A DNA stretch of 63,585 nt, counting the filler, from an uncultured bacterium (GTDB lineage: Bacteria > CAYJOG01): the NCBI GenBank assembly GCA_964371695.1. It is 30 parts of 30 records of this genome, joined end to end, with 100 filler letters (N's around TTAATTAATTAA, not from the genome) between each part and the next. Parts side by side here need not be neighbours in the genome. Positions count along the whole stretch, not along the records: positions 61,633 to 63,585 come from CAYJOG010000597.1; 29 more parts are not named here. One strand, written 5' to 3'. The notes beneath the pieces are model-generated. The model ran no database searches and was not told the origin of the DNA. It saw only the letters and a list, made by a program, of their open reading frames with translations. Positions 62,476-63,585 of this stretch are shown one piece after another; positions within the stretch are counted from its first letter, which is position 1, and every line of letters begins with the position of its first letter. The position numbers and the translations under genes are program-made.

Positions 62476-63369
62476 TTATTTTTTGAGGGGTTTCAGCCCA
62501 AGATGGGTGAGTTCTTTGGCGATGGCCTTGCGGGTGGCCTCGCTGGCCGCCACCAGCGGCAGGCGCACGCGGCCAGCGCAAAGGCCCAGGTGTTCCAGCG
62601 CCGCCTTGATGCCCACCGGGTTCACCTCGGCATACAGTGCTTCAAAAAACGGGTTGAGCGGAAAAAGGGCCTTTTGCGCCAGGTGCAGGTGGCCGCCCGC
62701 CATGGCCTCGATGCCGCGCTTCATGGGTCGCCCCACCACGTGACTGGCCACGCCCACCAGCCCCACCGCACCCGCGGCCATCATGGGCAGCACCGCGCCG
62801 TCATCGCCGCTGTAAACCGCAAAGCCGGGGGCTTCGTTCGCCAGCGTGATGAGCCGCCCCAGCTTGCCGCTGCATTCCTTCACCCCCACGATGTAGCGGT
62901 TTTTGGCCAGCTTGAGCAGGGTGGGGGTGTCTATTTCTCCGGCGGAGCGGCCCGGAATGTTGTAGAGCAGCGCGGGCAGCCGGGCGGTGTTCACGACGCA
63001 GGCGAAATGCTCCAGCAGGCCCTGTTGCTGGGGGCGGTTGTAATAGGGGTTCACCAGCAGCAGGCCGTCCATGCCCAGTTTGCGGGCTGCCAGGGAATGC
63101 TCCACGGCGGCGGCGGTGTCGTTGCTGCCGGTGCCCGCAATCAGCGTGGCCCCCGGCAGGCTTTTGCGCAAAAAGGCGAACAAACGTTCCTCTTCTTCAA
63201 AGGTGAGGGTGGGGCTTTCGCCGGTGGTGCCCGCCAGCACCAGGGCGTCCGAGCCGGTTTTGAGGCAGTGTTTGGCCATCTTGAGGGTGGCGTTCAGGTC
63301 CACGCCGCCTTCGTGGTCAAACACCGTGATCAGGGCCGTGACGAGTCTTCCGAAGGGGGGTGTGGTCAT
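62476..63369 (-). CDS. dapA: 4-hydroxy-tetrahydrodipicolinate synthase
   Basis: GTTGESPTL, AGTGSN, PYYNRP, YNIPGR, GVKE, YSGDD; SD GGAGG. Confidence 0.96.
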   Translation of the reverse strand: MTTPPFGRLVTALITVFDHEGGVDLNATLKMAKHCLKTGSDALVLAGTTGESPTLTFEEEERLFAFLRKSLPGATLIAGTGSNDTAAAVEHSLAARKLGMDGLLLVNPYYNRPQQQGLLEHFACVVNTARLPALLYNIPGRSAGEIDTPTLLKLAKNRYIVGVKECSGKLGRLITLANEAPGFAVYSGDDGAVLPMMAAGAVGLVGVASHVVGRPMKRGIEAMAGGHLHLAQKALFPLNPFFEALYAEVNPVGIKAALEHLGLCAGRVRLPLVAASEATRKAIAKELTHLGLKPLKK

Positions 63370-63441
63370 GGGGGCCTCCGCTGGCGTGCCAGCGATGGAA
63401 TGCTAACACAGTGGTCTCCCTGTGCCGTTGCGTTATAAAGG

Positions 63442-63585
63442 AGGGTGTTGATAAACACCCTGAAAATCCATGGATGGATTTTACCGCTTGCAGGGGTTCC
63501 AAAAACCCCTGCAAAAGCGCCATTTTGCGAGAGCCTTGCTTGAGCAAAATGGGTTGAGAAAGTCCAGGAGGGACTTTCTCAACAC
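63442..63585. repeat. AGGGTGTTGA-terminated palindromic element (possible MITE)
   Basis: 63442-63494 is nearly the reverse complement of 23887-23940; the window ends TTTCTCAACAC, inverse of the left end; bare palindrome at 18933-18954. Confidence 0.7.

Noticed and set aside
63370-63441. Lysine riboswitch upstream of dapA
   Set aside because: Only about 70 nt before the repeat starts; a single small hairpin (CGCTGGCGTGCCAGCG) is not enough.
1-63585. CRISPR array, tRNA, rRNA or transposase
   Set aside because: No direct repeats with unique regular spacers, no cas motifs, and no recognisable tRNA/rRNA or transposase ORF. The palindromic repeats are dispersed, not arrayed.

Overview
This window is not one locus. 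It is 30 short contigs (about 1.9-2.1 kb, roughly in decreasing length) joined by 29 artificial 100-nt linkers (N44-TTAATTAATTAA-N44), so adjacency across linkers is meaningless and many genes are truncated. The source is a GC-rich diderm bacterium, probably a Terrabacteria-type lineage (3-POTRA BamA, LptD-like protein, SLH protein, SMC, divergent L3/L4). Genes are mostly housekeeping: proS, ribE, surE, ilvE, smc, fusA/tuf, S10 operon start, nusB-folD, dnaK-grpE, aroK, dapA, UDG, assimilatory nitrate/nitrite reductases and a PilB/GspE ATPase. Accessory genes include a phage tail-fibre-like protein, an Ig-like repeat surface protein, a double radical-SAM fusion, an ankyrin protein and an ILEI-domain protein. 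The most striking signals lie outside the ORF track. (1) At least 12 genes have a TAnnnT-type -10 box exactly 6 nt before the start codon, suggesting pervasive leaderless expression. (2) Several families of intergenic palindromic repeats and MITEs are nested, shuffled and inverted, and one supplies the end of proS. (3) About a dozen hairpins with unrelated stems share a CATCC(N)TG core. (4) An SLH/coiled-coil/C-terminal-anchor protein resembles Thermotoga Omp-alpha. No CRISPR array, tRNA, rRNA or transposase was seen. All family assignments come from motif recognition by eye, not database searches.
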